This document shows, piece after piece, positions 26,011 to 35,635 of a DNA stretch of 49,612 bases. The translations under genes and the position numbers were made by a program. How positions within the stretch are numbered: the stretch's first letter is position 1; each line of letters begins with the position of its first letter. The notes under the pieces were generated by a model. It was not told the origin of the DNA, made no database searches, and was given only the letters and a program-made list of their open reading frames with translations. This stretch comes from Candidatus Gottesmanbacteria bacterium UBA6580 (GTDB taxonomy: Bacteria; Patescibacteriota; Microgenomatia; UBA10105; UBA927), in assembly GCA_002433895.1 (NCBI GenBank), contig DJJA01000005.1, positions 69,883 through 119,494 on the forward strand, read 5' to 3'.

Positions 26011-27294
26011 ATGAGTGAAATTTCTACGAAAGTATACGCAGTGATCGCCAGAGAAATTCTGGATTCGCGTGGTGATCCGACTGTCGAGACCATGGTCGTC
26101 CTGGAAAGCGGGTACCGTGGGATTGCGTCGGTACCCGCCGGTACATCACTTGGGAAATATGAGTCTGTCGAACTCCGGGACAAGGATACGAAGCGTTATG
26201 GCGGTATGGGGGTGCTCAAAGCCGTCGCTTTTGTCAATGGAGAAATCGCCGCAAAATTAAAAGGCATGGATGTATTAGATCAGGGCGCGATAGATAAAAT
26301 GCTTATCGATCTTGATGGAACACCCGATAAACACCGCTTGGGCTCAAACAGCATATTAAGCGTTTCCCTTGCGGTAGCAGTCGCTGCGGCGAATGCCCGA
26401 AGGGTACCGCTTTATAAACATATAAATGATCTGTTTCAGCCGTTTACTCCCACGGCAATGACGAGGATACCTACGCCAACATTTAATGTAATAAACGGCG
26501 GGAAACACGGAGCGGGTAACCTGGATTTTCAGGAATTTCATATCGTTCCCGCTTCCAATAAACCATATTCAGAAGCGCTTGCAATGGGAGTAGCTATCTA
26601 TAACTCAGTAAAACAAATACTTAAATACCGGAACGCGGTGTACTCAGTGGGCTACGAGGGGGGGTTTGCTCCCAACTTATTTACAAATCTCGATGCGCTC
26701 GAAATACTCGCTGAAGGTATTAAGGCAAGCCCCTATACGTTCGGTGTCGATGTATTTTTTGGACTAGATCTTGCCGCAAATTCATTTATGAACGAACGTG
26801 GCGGATACCAGATAAAAGATAAACCGGGGACGCTTACCAGTCCGGATTTTATCCATTACCTTACGGAACTGCACAAAAAATACCATTTGCTGATATTGGA
26901 AGATCCCCTGAGTGAGGATGATTGGGAGCATTGGTCGTTGCTTTCCAAAGAAATAGGACATGAGGTATTGGTAGTGGGTGACGATCTTCTTGCCACAAAT
27001 CCTGACCGTCTCAGACGGGCGGTAAAAGAGGGAGTATGTTCGGGAATACTGGCCAAACCAAACCAGATAGGCTCGCTTTCCGAATTTCTCGCTGTTATTG
27101 CAATAGCCAAGAAAGCAGGCATCCGCACGATTGTTTCTCACAGAAGCGGTGAAACGAACGACAGTTTTGTCGCGGATTTAGCGGTCGGTGTGCAGTCTGA
27201 TTACGTAAAATTTGGCGCTCCGGCGCGAGGAGAACGAGTGGCAAAGTATAACCGGCTTTTACAAATAGAGAGTGAAATAATGATCAAAAAATAA
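26011..27294 (+). CDS. eno: Enolase
   Basis: EILDSRGDPTVE, SHRSGETND and ..KYNRLLQIE. Confidence 0.95.
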   Translation: MSEISTKVYAVIAREILDSRGDPTVETMVVLESGYRGIASVPAGTSLGKYESVELRDKDTKRYGGMGVLKAVAFVNGEIAAKLKGMDVLDQGAIDKMLIDLDGTPDKHRLGSNSILSVSLAVAVAAANARRVPLYKHINDLFQPFTPTAMTRIPTPTFNVINGGKHGAGNLDFQEFHIVPASNKPYSEALAMGVAIYNSVKQILKYRNAVYSVGYEGGFAPNLFTNLDALEILAEGIKASPYTFGVDVFFGLDLAANSFMNERGGYQIKDKPGTLTSPDFIHYLTELHKKYHLLILEDPLSEDDWEHWSLLSKEIGHEVLVVGDDLLATNPDRLRRAVKEGVCSGILAKPNQIGSLSEFLAVIAIAKKAGIRTIVSHRSGETNDSFVADLAVGVQSDYVKFGAPARGERVAKYNRLLQIESEIMIKK

Positions 27295-27338
27295 CGGTAC
27301 CGGGCGCATGGCGTGCCGGGATTTTTGCTGCATACTAT

Positions 27339-28973
27339 ATGCCCAAGCCATTTGTCCTTTTGATACTCGACGGATGGGGACTGGCTCCTCCAGGTCCCGG
27401 AAATGCTATATCACAAGCGAACCTTACTCATATTCCACGCCTTTGGTCGAGCTTCCCGCATACGCAGCTTGATGCCTCAGAAGAATCAGTGGGTCTGCCC
27501 TCAGGAGAGGATGGAAACACGGAGACGGGGCATATTAATATCGGAGCCGGCCGGGTGGTGTATCAGGACTTGCCGAGGATAAACATGGCGATATCTGACG
27601 GAAGCTTTTTTACCAATGATGCTTTTTTGGGTGCTATATCCTATGCCAAAAGCCATCAGTCCCGTATACATCTCATGGGATTGCTCTCCGATTCAGGTGT
27701 TCATGCCAGCCGTGAGCACCTCTACTCGCTGCTTGAGCTTATGCGCCGTCAGCAATGCGCCTGCCCGGTGTATTTGCATTTATTTACCGACGGACGGGAT
27801 TCCCCACCGAAAGCGGGGCTCCGGTTTGTCCATGAAGTAGAAGCAAAACTTGCGGAATTCGGACACGGACACATTGCTACCATTATGGGTAGGTACTACG
27901 CGATGGACCGTGACCGCAGGTGGGACAGGACTGCCCGCGCGTATCAGGCGCTTACCGAAGACATCCCCAACATCTACCGGTCGGCCTCCGAAGCGGTAGA
28001 AGCCAGTTATAAGAAAGGTATAACGGATGAGTTTATCGAACCGGCAATTATAAGCGACAGCGAGGGAAATCCGCATCCCCGCATCAGCGCGCATGACTCG
28101 GTGATATTTTATAACTACCGGGTTGACCGCCCGCGACAGCTCACCAGGGCGTTTACCCTCACTGACTTTGAATCACATAAAACAACCGAAAGTTTTGATC
28201 CGTACGCGGTGAAGTATTTTCATAAGCATTTAGTCGATGAAGACTCACGTCAAACACCGTTTACCCGGCGTGTTATATTACCGGAATTGTTTTTTGTGAC
28301 GATGACCGAATATGAGCGCACAAGTCCCGGGGTCGTCGCGTTTCCGCTTAAGCAGGTCGATACACCGTTAGGCGAAGTTTTTTCCAACGCGGGATTACGG
28401 CAATTGCGCGTCGCTGAAACGGAGAAAGAGCGTTTTATCGGTTATTATTTTAACGGCATGCGGGAGGCGCCGTTCCCTCAGGAAGATAGGCTTATTATTC
28501 CTTCTCCAAAAATCGCGACGTACGACCTGCAACCGGAAATGTCTATCCGTGAGCTCACGAGTAGGGTATTGGATAGACTCACAAGCAATGTATACGGATT
28601 TGTCGCGATAAATTTCGCAAATCCCGACATGGTGGCGCATACCGGAAATATTCAGGCTGCGGTGAAAGCATGCCAGGTGACTGATGAATGTGTCGGCAGG
28701 ATTGTATCGCTTACGCTTTCACTTGGCGGCGCTTGCATCATAACCGCCGACCATGGTAACGTGGAAGAAATGATCGGTCCGAACGGAGAGATGGACACCG
28801 AGCATTCAGTATTTCCTGTTCCCTGTATTATCGTGGATAAACAATACGAGAACCGCTCCATAAATCTTCCGGTCGGCAAGCTCGCCGATATCGCTCCTAC
28901 CATACTCTCTATGTTGGGTATCCCGCTCCCCAAGGAAATGACCGGCAAAAATTTGATCGCCGATATTACGTAA
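27339..28973 (+). CDS. gpmI: 2,3-bisphosphoglycerate-independent phosphoglycerate mutase
   Basis: LLILDGWG.., MGNSEVGH-equivalent NTETGHINIGAGR, HLMGLLSDSGVH, and DMVAHTG..ADHGN. Confidence 0.95.
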   Translation: MPKPFVLLILDGWGLAPPGPGNAISQANLTHIPRLWSSFPHTQLDASEESVGLPSGEDGNTETGHINIGAGRVVYQDLPRINMAISDGSFFTNDAFLGAISYAKSHQSRIHLMGLLSDSGVHASREHLYSLLELMRRQQCACPVYLHLFTDGRDSPPKAGLRFVHEVEAKLAEFGHGHIATIMGRYYAMDRDRRWDRTARAYQALTEDIPNIYRSASEAVEASYKKGITDEFIEPAIISDSEGNPHPRISAHDSVIFYNYRVDRPRQLTRAFTLTDFESHKTTESFDPYAVKYFHKHLVDEDSRQTPFTRRVILPELFFVTMTEYERTSPGVVAFPLKQVDTPLGEVFSNAGLRQLRVAETEKERFIGYYFNGMREAPFPQEDRLIIPSPKIATYDLQPEMSIRELTSRVLDRLTSNVYGFVAINFANPDMVAHTGNIQAAVKACQVTDECVGRIVSLTLSLGGACIITADHGNVEEMIGPNGEMDTEHSVFPVPCIIVDKQYENRSINLPVGKLADIAPTILSMLGIPLPKEMTGKNLIADIT

Positions 28974-28999
28974 TGCCGCATAGGAGGTATGTAACGCAT

Positions 29000-30727
29000 A
29001 TGAAAGAAGAACTCTACAAAAAAGACAAAAAAAGTGCTGCGGATGCAAACTTAGAAGATTATGCGAAAACCTCCCGTACGTTTACGTGGAAAGACAGCCG
29101 TAAATACGTCGATTGGATTGATGGAAGTCTCAATGCCGCGTATAACGCGGTGGACAGGCACGCACAGACATGGCGCAAAAATAAGGTAGCACTGTACTGG
29201 GAAGACGAAGCAGGAAACACCAAAAAGTACACCTTCGAAGAACTCTCTCTGCTCTCGAACCAAGTCGGTAATGTGCTTAAGGATTTTGGCGTTGAGCGGG
29301 GAGACCGAGTGTTTTTATTTTTACCGCGTATACCCGAGTTATATTTTTCATTTTTAGGAATTTTAAAAATCGGCGCGATCGCAGGAACCCTTTTTAGCGC
29401 GTTTCAGGAACAGGCATTATTTGACCGGCTAGAAAATTCGGGTGCCAAAGTGCTTCTTACCACCAGGGAGCTAAAATCACGGGTAGACGCGGTAAGAAGA
29501 AAATTGCCGGAACTTAAACATATTCTGGTTGTTGATGAAGAGTCGTTCACAAAAAGCGTCGCCAATGCTTCAGACGCACTGCGTATCGCGCATACCGATC
29601 CCGATGATTACGCATTTATGCTTTATACATCAGGTACGACGGGTAAACCGAAAGGGGTCGTACACTCACACCGCGCGATTTTACAGGAACACATGACTGC
29701 GCATTGGGTGCTGGATCTGCGTGATGAGGATGCGTATTGGTGTACCGCTGATCCTGGGTGGGTAACGGGTATCGCCTATGAAATTCTCGGCAGTTGGAGT
29801 AATGGCGTCGCCGCACTCGTTTACTCCGGCCGGTTTGATCCCGACCGGTGGTACAAGCTTTTGGACAAATACAATATCAGCGTGTGGTATACCGCCCCAA
29901 CTGCCATACGCATGCTTATGGCTGCGGGTGATAGCCTCATCAAAAAACACAACCTCTCCCACTTACGGCACTTGTGTTCCGTAGGCGAACCGCTTAACCC
30001 TGAGGCGGTCCGGTGGAGTATCAAAGCGTTCGGTATGCCGTTCCATGATACGTGGTGGCAAACGGAAACGGGAGCTATCTGTATCGCAAACTATCCGAGT
30101 ATGGATATAAAGATAGGTTCGATGGGTAAACCGGTTCCCGGACTGACTGCAGCTATTGTTGACGACAATGGCCGTGAGTTGGGATCAAATATGGAAGGAA
30201 ATATTGCCATCAAGCCCAAATGGCCATCAATGATGCATACCATATGGCGCCGCCCGCAGAAATACAAAAGTTATTTTACGAACGGCTGGTATATAAGCGG
30301 TGACCGGGGAATGATGGATAAAGACGGGTATTTCTGGTTTATCGGTAGGGCGGATGATGTGATCAAAACATCCGGAGAACGGGTTGGCCCATTTGAAGTA
30401 GAGTCGGCATTGGTCGCGCATCCGTCAGTTGTCGAGGCCGGCGTTATCGGTAAACCAGACGCCATGCGCGGAGAAATCATCAAAGCATTTGTGGTGCTGG
30501 AAAAATCAGTGAGCGATAAGGCAAAAACAAAACCGCAGCAGGAAAAAATAAAAGAAGAATTATCACTGTACGTAAAAAAACACCTTGCCGGCCACGCGTA
30601 TCCGCGGGAAATTGAATTTATGGATAAACTCCCGAAAACCAGATCGGGCAAGATCATGCGGCGGATACTGAAAGCAAAGGAATTAGGGCTTCCTATAGGT
30701 GACACTTCAACCCTTGAGGACTATTAA
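29000..30727 (+). CDS. acs: AMP-forming acetyl/acyl-CoA synthetase
   Basis: YTSGTTGKPKGV AMP-binding motif, ..GDRG..DGYFWFIGRADDVIK, and a C-terminal ..PKTRSGKIMRR. AGGAGG RBS before ATG 29000. Confidence 0.8.
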   Translation: MKEELYKKDKKSAADANLEDYAKTSRTFTWKDSRKYVDWIDGSLNAAYNAVDRHAQTWRKNKVALYWEDEAGNTKKYTFEELSLLSNQVGNVLKDFGVERGDRVFLFLPRIPELYFSFLGILKIGAIAGTLFSAFQEQALFDRLENSGAKVLLTTRELKSRVDAVRRKLPELKHILVVDEESFTKSVANASDALRIAHTDPDDYAFMLYTSGTTGKPKGVVHSHRAILQEHMTAHWVLDLRDEDAYWCTADPGWVTGIAYEILGSWSNGVAALVYSGRFDPDRWYKLLDKYNISVWYTAPTAIRMLMAAGDSLIKKHNLSHLRHLCSVGEPLNPEAVRWSIKAFGMPFHDTWWQTETGAICIANYPSMDIKIGSMGKPVPGLTAAIVDDNGRELGSNMEGNIAIKPKWPSMMHTIWRRPQKYKSYFTNGWYISGDRGMMDKDGYFWFIGRADDVIKTSGERVGPFEVESALVAHPSVVEAGVIGKPDAMRGEIIKAFVVLEKSVSDKAKTKPQQEKIKEELSLYVKKHLAGHAYPREIEFMDKLPKTRSGKIMRRILKAKELGLPIGDTSTLEDY

Positions 30728-31047
30728 ATTGCCGGACTAATCTCGTTTTCCAGTATGCGAAGACGCGCAGGTAACAATTTGTTTACCATACGAACCGACA
30801 CCTGGATGTGTTCAGTGACATTCCCGCCGGTTACGGATGCGGTTGCCGCGAGGTTGGCAATATCATGACGCAGGAGGGGTAGTGCGCGGCGAACATCACG
30901 TTCATTCATTGACGCGAGGCGCGTGCGCCACACTTTTGCAATTTTACGGTGATCAGCAAGATGCGCGGCTTCCTCGGTACCACCAGCACCACCTCCTGAT
31001 CCCTGATGGTAACAAATCATTTGTTTCCCCAGTTCCAACAATCCCAT
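30724..31047 (-). CDS. Hypothetical protein
   Basis: 107-aa ORF from ATG 31047 between rsmI and the convergent acs. Its stop overlaps the acs stop. No family recognised. Confidence 0.35.
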   Translation of the reverse strand: MGLLELGKQMICYHQGSGGGAGGTEEAAHLADHRKIAKVWRTRLASMNERDVRRALPLLRHDIANLAATASVTGGNVTEHIQVSVRMVNKLLPARLRILENEISPAI

Positions 31048-31061
31048 TGTTGGCAATTGTA

Positions 31062-31766
31062 TCAGACAAGTTCAAACAGCACGACAAACTCACCCTTGGG
31101 TTCCGCAAAACGTACGAGCGATTCGGAAATTAATCCTTTCCAATTTTCCTCATGCCGCTTGGTAAGCTCACGGCCGATACATATGGGTATATCGCCATAG
31201 GCCCGTTTCATATCTTCAAGAAATGTAAGAAGTTTATGAGGAGACACGTAAAATACGTATGTAGAGCGAACAAGCGCGTGTGATTGGTAAATAGCCTCCA
31301 GCAGCTTCACCCGCGGTCCTTGTTTTTCAGGCGGATACCCCAAAAAAGTGAATTTATCTGCAGACAATCCGCTGCCGGTAAGCGCGGCCAGCAACGCTGA
31401 CGCCCCGGGAATACTCGTTATGGGTACGTTTCGTTTTCCCGCCTCCCGCACCAGAATGTATCCCGGATCGGACACGAGAGGAGTACCCGCATCGGAAACA
31501 AGCGCGATATCCGTGCCCTCGCGGAGAAGGCCTAGGAGCTCGGAAGTGACCGTTTGTTCGGTGTGATTGTCATAGCGGACAAGTCTGCGTTCTGAACGTG
31601 TCTCGATAAAAGTTGCGTAGCGGGTTTCCAACTCGTGAAGTAGTCCGCCTGTCCGGCGTGTGTCCTCACAGGCAATAACACCCACTGAAAATAGGATCCG
31701 AAGCGCCCGCAGGCTTATATCTTCTAAATTACCGATTGGCGTAGCTACGACAAAGAGTGTTCCCAT
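31062..31766 (-). CDS. rsmI: 16S rRNA (cytidine1402-2'-O)-methyltransferase
   Basis: GTLFVVATPIGNLEDISLRALRIL, ..CEDTR.. and ..SDAGTPLVSDPG.. tetrapyrrole-methylase-fold motifs. ATG at 31766. Confidence 0.85.
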   Translation of the reverse strand: MGTLFVVATPIGNLEDISLRALRILFSVGVIACEDTRRTGGLLHELETRYATFIETRSERRLVRYDNHTEQTVTSELLGLLREGTDIALVSDAGTPLVSDPGYILVREAGKRNVPITSIPGASALLAALTGSGLSADKFTFLGYPPEKQGPRVKLLEAIYQSHALVRSTYVFYVSPHKLLTFLEDMKRAYGDIPICIGRELTKRHEENWKGLISESLVRFAEPKGEFVVLFELV

Positions 31767-31806
31767 AGTAGTACAGTATACCATCCTTGTGGTATCATAA
31801 ATTTCT

Positions 31807-32493
31807 ATGGAAATTTTACAAACCTTCATCGATGTTGTGTTGCACTTGGATACGCATTTAACTGAGCTCGTGAATCAGTACGGGTTGCTCACCTACGGCA
31901 TACTGTTTCTTATCGTGTTCGCCGAAACGGGTTTTGTGGTCACCCCGTTCCTTCCGGGTGACTCCCTTCTGTTTGCTGCGGGGGCGATTGCGTCCTTAGG
32001 GTCGCTTAACCTGTTACTCCTTATAGCCCTCCTTATCATCGCTGCTATCGGCGGAGATACGGTGAACTATTGGATTGGCCATTATTTCGGCAAAAAACTC
32101 GTGGATAACCCAAGAATAACGTTTATTAACCAGGAACATATCGATAAAACCGAGCAGTTTTATAAAAAACACGGCGCGAAAACGATCATTTTAGCGCGTT
32201 TTGTCCCTATCGTGCGTACATTTGCCCCGTTTGTCGCGGGAGTCGGTTCCATGCATTACTCTACATTTATTCTCTACAATGTCGTGGGGGGCGTGCTCTG
32301 GGTGGGTATATTCACCGTACTTGGTTACTTTTTTGGCAATATGGAGATTATCAAGGAAAACTTCCATTACGCTGTATTTGCCATTATCGGATTGTCCATC
32401 ATTCCGATGATTTATGAGTATATCCAGCACAAGCGGAACCCTGATGTTCCTGGTGTTTCTACCAAGAACCTGGAAAAAATCATCAACGAGTAA
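31807..32493 (+). CDS. DedA/SNARE-associated family membrane protein
   Basis: ..FAETGFVVTPFLPGDSLLFAAG.. and ..ILARFVPIVRTFAPFVAG.. signatures. Confidence 0.85.
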   Translation: MEILQTFIDVVLHLDTHLTELVNQYGLLTYGILFLIVFAETGFVVTPFLPGDSLLFAAGAIASLGSLNLLLLIALLIIAAIGGDTVNYWIGHYFGKKLVDNPRITFINQEHIDKTEQFYKKHGAKTIILARFVPIVRTFAPFVAGVGSMHYSTFILYNVVGGVLWVGIFTVLGYFFGNMEIIKENFHYAVFAIIGLSIIPMIYEYIQHKRNPDVPGVSTKNLEKIINE

Positions 32494-32507
32494 TTTCGCG
32501 GATTGTA

Positions 32508-33131
32508 TTAAACAAACTTGCGGATAAGTCCCACACAGCGCCCTTGGATTTTAACGTGTGTCGTAAATATCGGAGACATCGTTGAATTGCTTGGCATCAA
32601 CTTAATTTTGTCTTTTTCAAAATAGATGCGCTTTAGGGTAGCAAGGCCATTGGGGAGCAGCGCCACAACAATATCGCCATTTTTCGCATCCTGCTGATGT
32701 TGGATAACGACATAATCACCGTCAAAAATACCATCCTCGATCATTGACTGGCCTTTTACCTGCAGTACGTAGTGCGGCTGTGAGGAAGCAATCATACTGG
32801 GAGCGACGGATACATAAAAATTTGGATCGGTGTATGGCTCGAGTGGTGAACCAGCGGCGATAAATCCCAAGACCGGTAATTCGAGCGTCGCGTTGTTTCC
32901 CGCTGGACGGTAGTTTTCTGCTACGACCTCCAAACCCCGTGCGGTTCCGTCCAGTTTACGGATAAAGCCTTTTTGGCGAAGCCTATCGATATGTTCATGT
33001 ACGGTTGCGGGCGAGTGGATATCCAGCGCGACACCGATTTCTTTAAGTGTCGGAGCGTAGCCGAACCGCGCGATGAATTGCGTGATAAAATCTAATAATT
33101 GGCGCTCTCTCGGGTATAATATAGCTGGCAT
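32508..33131 (-). CDS. lexA: LexA repressor
   Basis: N-terminal wHTH (PTLKEIG..S.ATVHEHIDRLRQKGFI), cleavage region ..IAAGSP.., and S24 peptidase GQSM...K(R). ATG 33131 is preferred over the upstream track start. Confidence 0.85.
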   Translation of the reverse strand: MPAILYPRERQLLDFITQFIARFGYAPTLKEIGVALDIHSPATVHEHIDRLRQKGFIRKLDGTARGLEVVAENYRPAGNNATLELPVLGFIAAGSPLEPYTDPNFYVSVAPSMIASSQPHYVLQVKGQSMIEDGIFDGDYVVIQHQQDAKNGDIVVALLPNGLATLKRIYFEKDKIKLMPSNSTMSPIFTTHVKIQGRCVGLIRKFV

Positions 33132-33255
33132 ATGTTTAGATATGTACTCTAACCGAAACTGTGATAGGATAATTAGTAGTATTCCAAAAAATAACCGAAC
33201 TGTCAATACATATAAAGCATATATTTCTGTATCAGAATAAAAAATTAACCGAAGT

Positions 33256-35262
33256 ATGAAAAAATTTACGCTCGTTTCCGGATTTCAACCGACCGGTGAC
33301 CAACCACAAGCAATCAGCCAGCTGGTAAACGGTTTACAAAAAGGTACATCCGAACAAATACTGTTGGGCGTCACTGGGAGTGGTAAAACCTACACCATGG
33401 CGCAGGTGATAGAAAAAATGCAGCGGCCAACCCTTATTATTTCGCATAACAAAACGCTTGCTGCCCAACTCTACCAGGAATTCCGGGATTTTTTTCCGGA
33501 AAACGCCGTATCGTACTTTGTTTCCTATTACGACTATTACCAACCCGAAGCATACATACCGCAAACCAATACCTATATAGAAAAAGAAACCCAGATAAAC
33601 GAAGAAATTGATAAGCTCCGCCTTGCCGCGACCACCAATCTGCTTACCCGTAAAGATACCATTGTGGTTGCCTCGGTTTCGTGTATTTACAACATCGGTT
33701 CGCCCAAAGAATATGGCCATTTCGTATTGGAACTACAATCGGGGGTTGCCGTAACCAGGGAAAGTATTATGGAGCGTCTCGTCGATCTCCAGTACGAGCG
33801 GAACGATTTTGGTTTTCATCGCGGCTCATTCCGTGTACGGGGAGAAACCATTGACCTGTTTCCGGCTTACGAAGATACGGTATTGCGGATTGTGATGGGT
33901 GACCGCGGGGTAATATCCATCGACCGGAGAGATCCGCTGACGGGCAAAAAATTAGAATCATTGCCTGGTATTGTCGTGTATCCTGCCAAACATTACATGA
34001 CTGACCCCAAAAAATATAAACCGGTATTTGCGCAAATCAAAAAAGATCTGGATGACCGGGTAAAGGAATTTAAAAAAGCAGGCAAATTTATAGAAGCGCA
34101 GCGGATCGCAGAGCGCGTCAATTATGATTTGGAGATGATTCAGGAAGTGGGATTTGTGAACGGTATCGAAAATTACAGCAGATATTTCGATGGCAGAAAG
34201 CCGGGTGATCCGCCGTATTCGCTGCTCGACTACTATAAAGAAGCGGCAGGCAACGACTGGTTGCTTATGGTCGATGAATCGCATATGACCATCCCGCAGA
34301 TACGCGGGATGTATCAGGGAGACAGGAGCCGCAAACAAACACTTATTGATTACGGTTTCAGGTTACCAGCGGCTATCGATAACCGTCCGTTACGGTTTGA
34401 AGAATTTGAACGGCGTATACCGCAAACTATTTACGTCTCCGCAACCCCCGATCAATGGGAAACCGACCGCGTCATGGCCTCAGGTGGAAAAGACGCAATT
34501 GTAGAGCAGCTCATACGGCCCACCGGCCTTGTCGACCCGGAGATAGAAGTGCGCAAAAGTGAAGGTCAAATCGCTGACCTGATCCGCGAAATTGAAATGC
34601 GTGTGACCCGTCATGAGCGTGTATTGGTGACGACACTAACAAAACGCATGGCAGAAGATCTTTCTAAATATATCGGTGACCGGGGTATCAAGGTGCAGTA
34701 TCTTCACGCCGATGTTCTGACACTTGAACGGAGCGATATTCTTTCAGATTTGCGGTTGGGCACCTATGACGTCATCGTAGGTATTAACTTGCTCCGTGAA
34801 GGTTTGGATTTACCCGAAGTATCACTAGTCGCGGTACTCGACGCCGACAAAGAAGGGTTTTTGAGAAGCCGGACCAGTCTTATCCAAACAATGGGAAGGG
34901 CCGCGCGGCACCTCAACGGCCGGGTTATCTTGTATGCGGATACGATGACCAAATCAATGAAAGCTGCCATAGACGAAGTGGGGCGCCGGCGCACGGTACA
35001 GATTGCCTATAACAAAAAGCACAATATTACGCCGCTGTCTATTTCAAAACCCATCAGGGAACGCTTGGTACACAAAGAAGAGGAAACAATCGTAAACGAA
35101 CTCGCTGACCTGCCGGAAGAAGCAGTAAACGCTATGACACCGTTAGATAAAAAGAAAAAGATAGGCACGCTCACGAAACTCATGCGCAAAGCGAGTAAAG
35201 ATCTGGACTTTGAAACCGCCGCCAGATACCGGGATATTATCGCGGGCCTGGAGAAGTCGTAA
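33256..35262 (+). CDS. uvrB: Excinuclease ABC subunit B
   Basis: GDQPQAI, GVTGSGKT, YYDYYQPEAY, DESH and a C-terminal UVR domain (..FETAARYRD..). Confidence 0.97.
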   Translation: MKKFTLVSGFQPTGDQPQAISQLVNGLQKGTSEQILLGVTGSGKTYTMAQVIEKMQRPTLIISHNKTLAAQLYQEFRDFFPENAVSYFVSYYDYYQPEAYIPQTNTYIEKETQINEEIDKLRLAATTNLLTRKDTIVVASVSCIYNIGSPKEYGHFVLELQSGVAVTRESIMERLVDLQYERNDFGFHRGSFRVRGETIDLFPAYEDTVLRIVMGDRGVISIDRRDPLTGKKLESLPGIVVYPAKHYMTDPKKYKPVFAQIKKDLDDRVKEFKKAGKFIEAQRIAERVNYDLEMIQEVGFVNGIENYSRYFDGRKPGDPPYSLLDYYKEAAGNDWLLMVDESHMTIPQIRGMYQGDRSRKQTLIDYGFRLPAAIDNRPLRFEEFERRIPQTIYVSATPDQWETDRVMASGGKDAIVEQLIRPTGLVDPEIEVRKSEGQIADLIREIEMRVTRHERVLVTTLTKRMAEDLSKYIGDRGIKVQYLHADVLTLERSDILSDLRLGTYDVIVGINLLREGLDLPEVSLVAVLDADKEGFLRSRTSLIQTMGRAARHLNGRVILYADTMTKSMKAAIDEVGRRRTVQIAYNKKHNITPLSISKPIRERLVHKEEETIVNELADLPEEAVNAMTPLDKKKKIGTLTKLMRKASKDLDFETAARYRDIIAGLEKS

Positions 35263-35270
35263 GGATACCT

Positions 35271-35567
35271 ATGAACGAGTTTGACCGCAACCGGGCTGCG
35301 ATGAAGTATTTGTCCAAACAAATACCGCGCCTTTCTGACCGTAATCAAACGTATATCAAAAAAATCGGTTTAAACTTGGAGGTCAGCATGCTCACGTTTG
35401 TAAGCGGATCACCGGCAGGATTGATATTCTTGTTGGAAACTATCAGGTTGGCAATTAAATTAGGAAAAACAAGTGATAGGCGGGAGGCTATAGTCAATGA
35501 TATGTTAAGCGCCGGTACGCCAAGAGCCCGTATCTCGCATCTGCTCGAACAAAGCCTGGAGGCTTAA
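35271..35567 (+). CDS. Hypothetical 98-aa protein wedged between uvrB and uvrA
   Basis: ATG ORF 8 nt after the uvrB stop with protein-like helical composition. No family recognised. Confidence 0.45.
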   Translation: MNEFDRNRAAMKYLSKQIPRLSDRNQTYIKKIGLNLEVSMLTFVSGSPAGLIFLLETIRLAIKLGKTSDRREAIVNDMLSAGTPRARISHLLEQSLEA

Positions 35568-35591
35568 GTACGCAGGTTGCACTCAACCGCG

Positions 35592-35600
35592 TGGTATAAT
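35592..35600 (+). promoter_or_regulatory. Extended -10 promoter element upstream of uvrA
   Basis: TGgTATAAT, 35 nt upstream of ATG 35636. Confidence 0.45.
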
Positions 35601-35635
35601 ACCCACGCCACGGTACACCGGTGGTTATTTTTGTT

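Noticed and set aside
27295-27338. Possible terminator hairpin after eno (GGGCGC-ATG-GCGTGCC followed by GGGATTTTTGC).
   Set aside because: The stem is imperfect with a bulge, and the T-run is short and separated from the stem. That is too weak to call as a feature.
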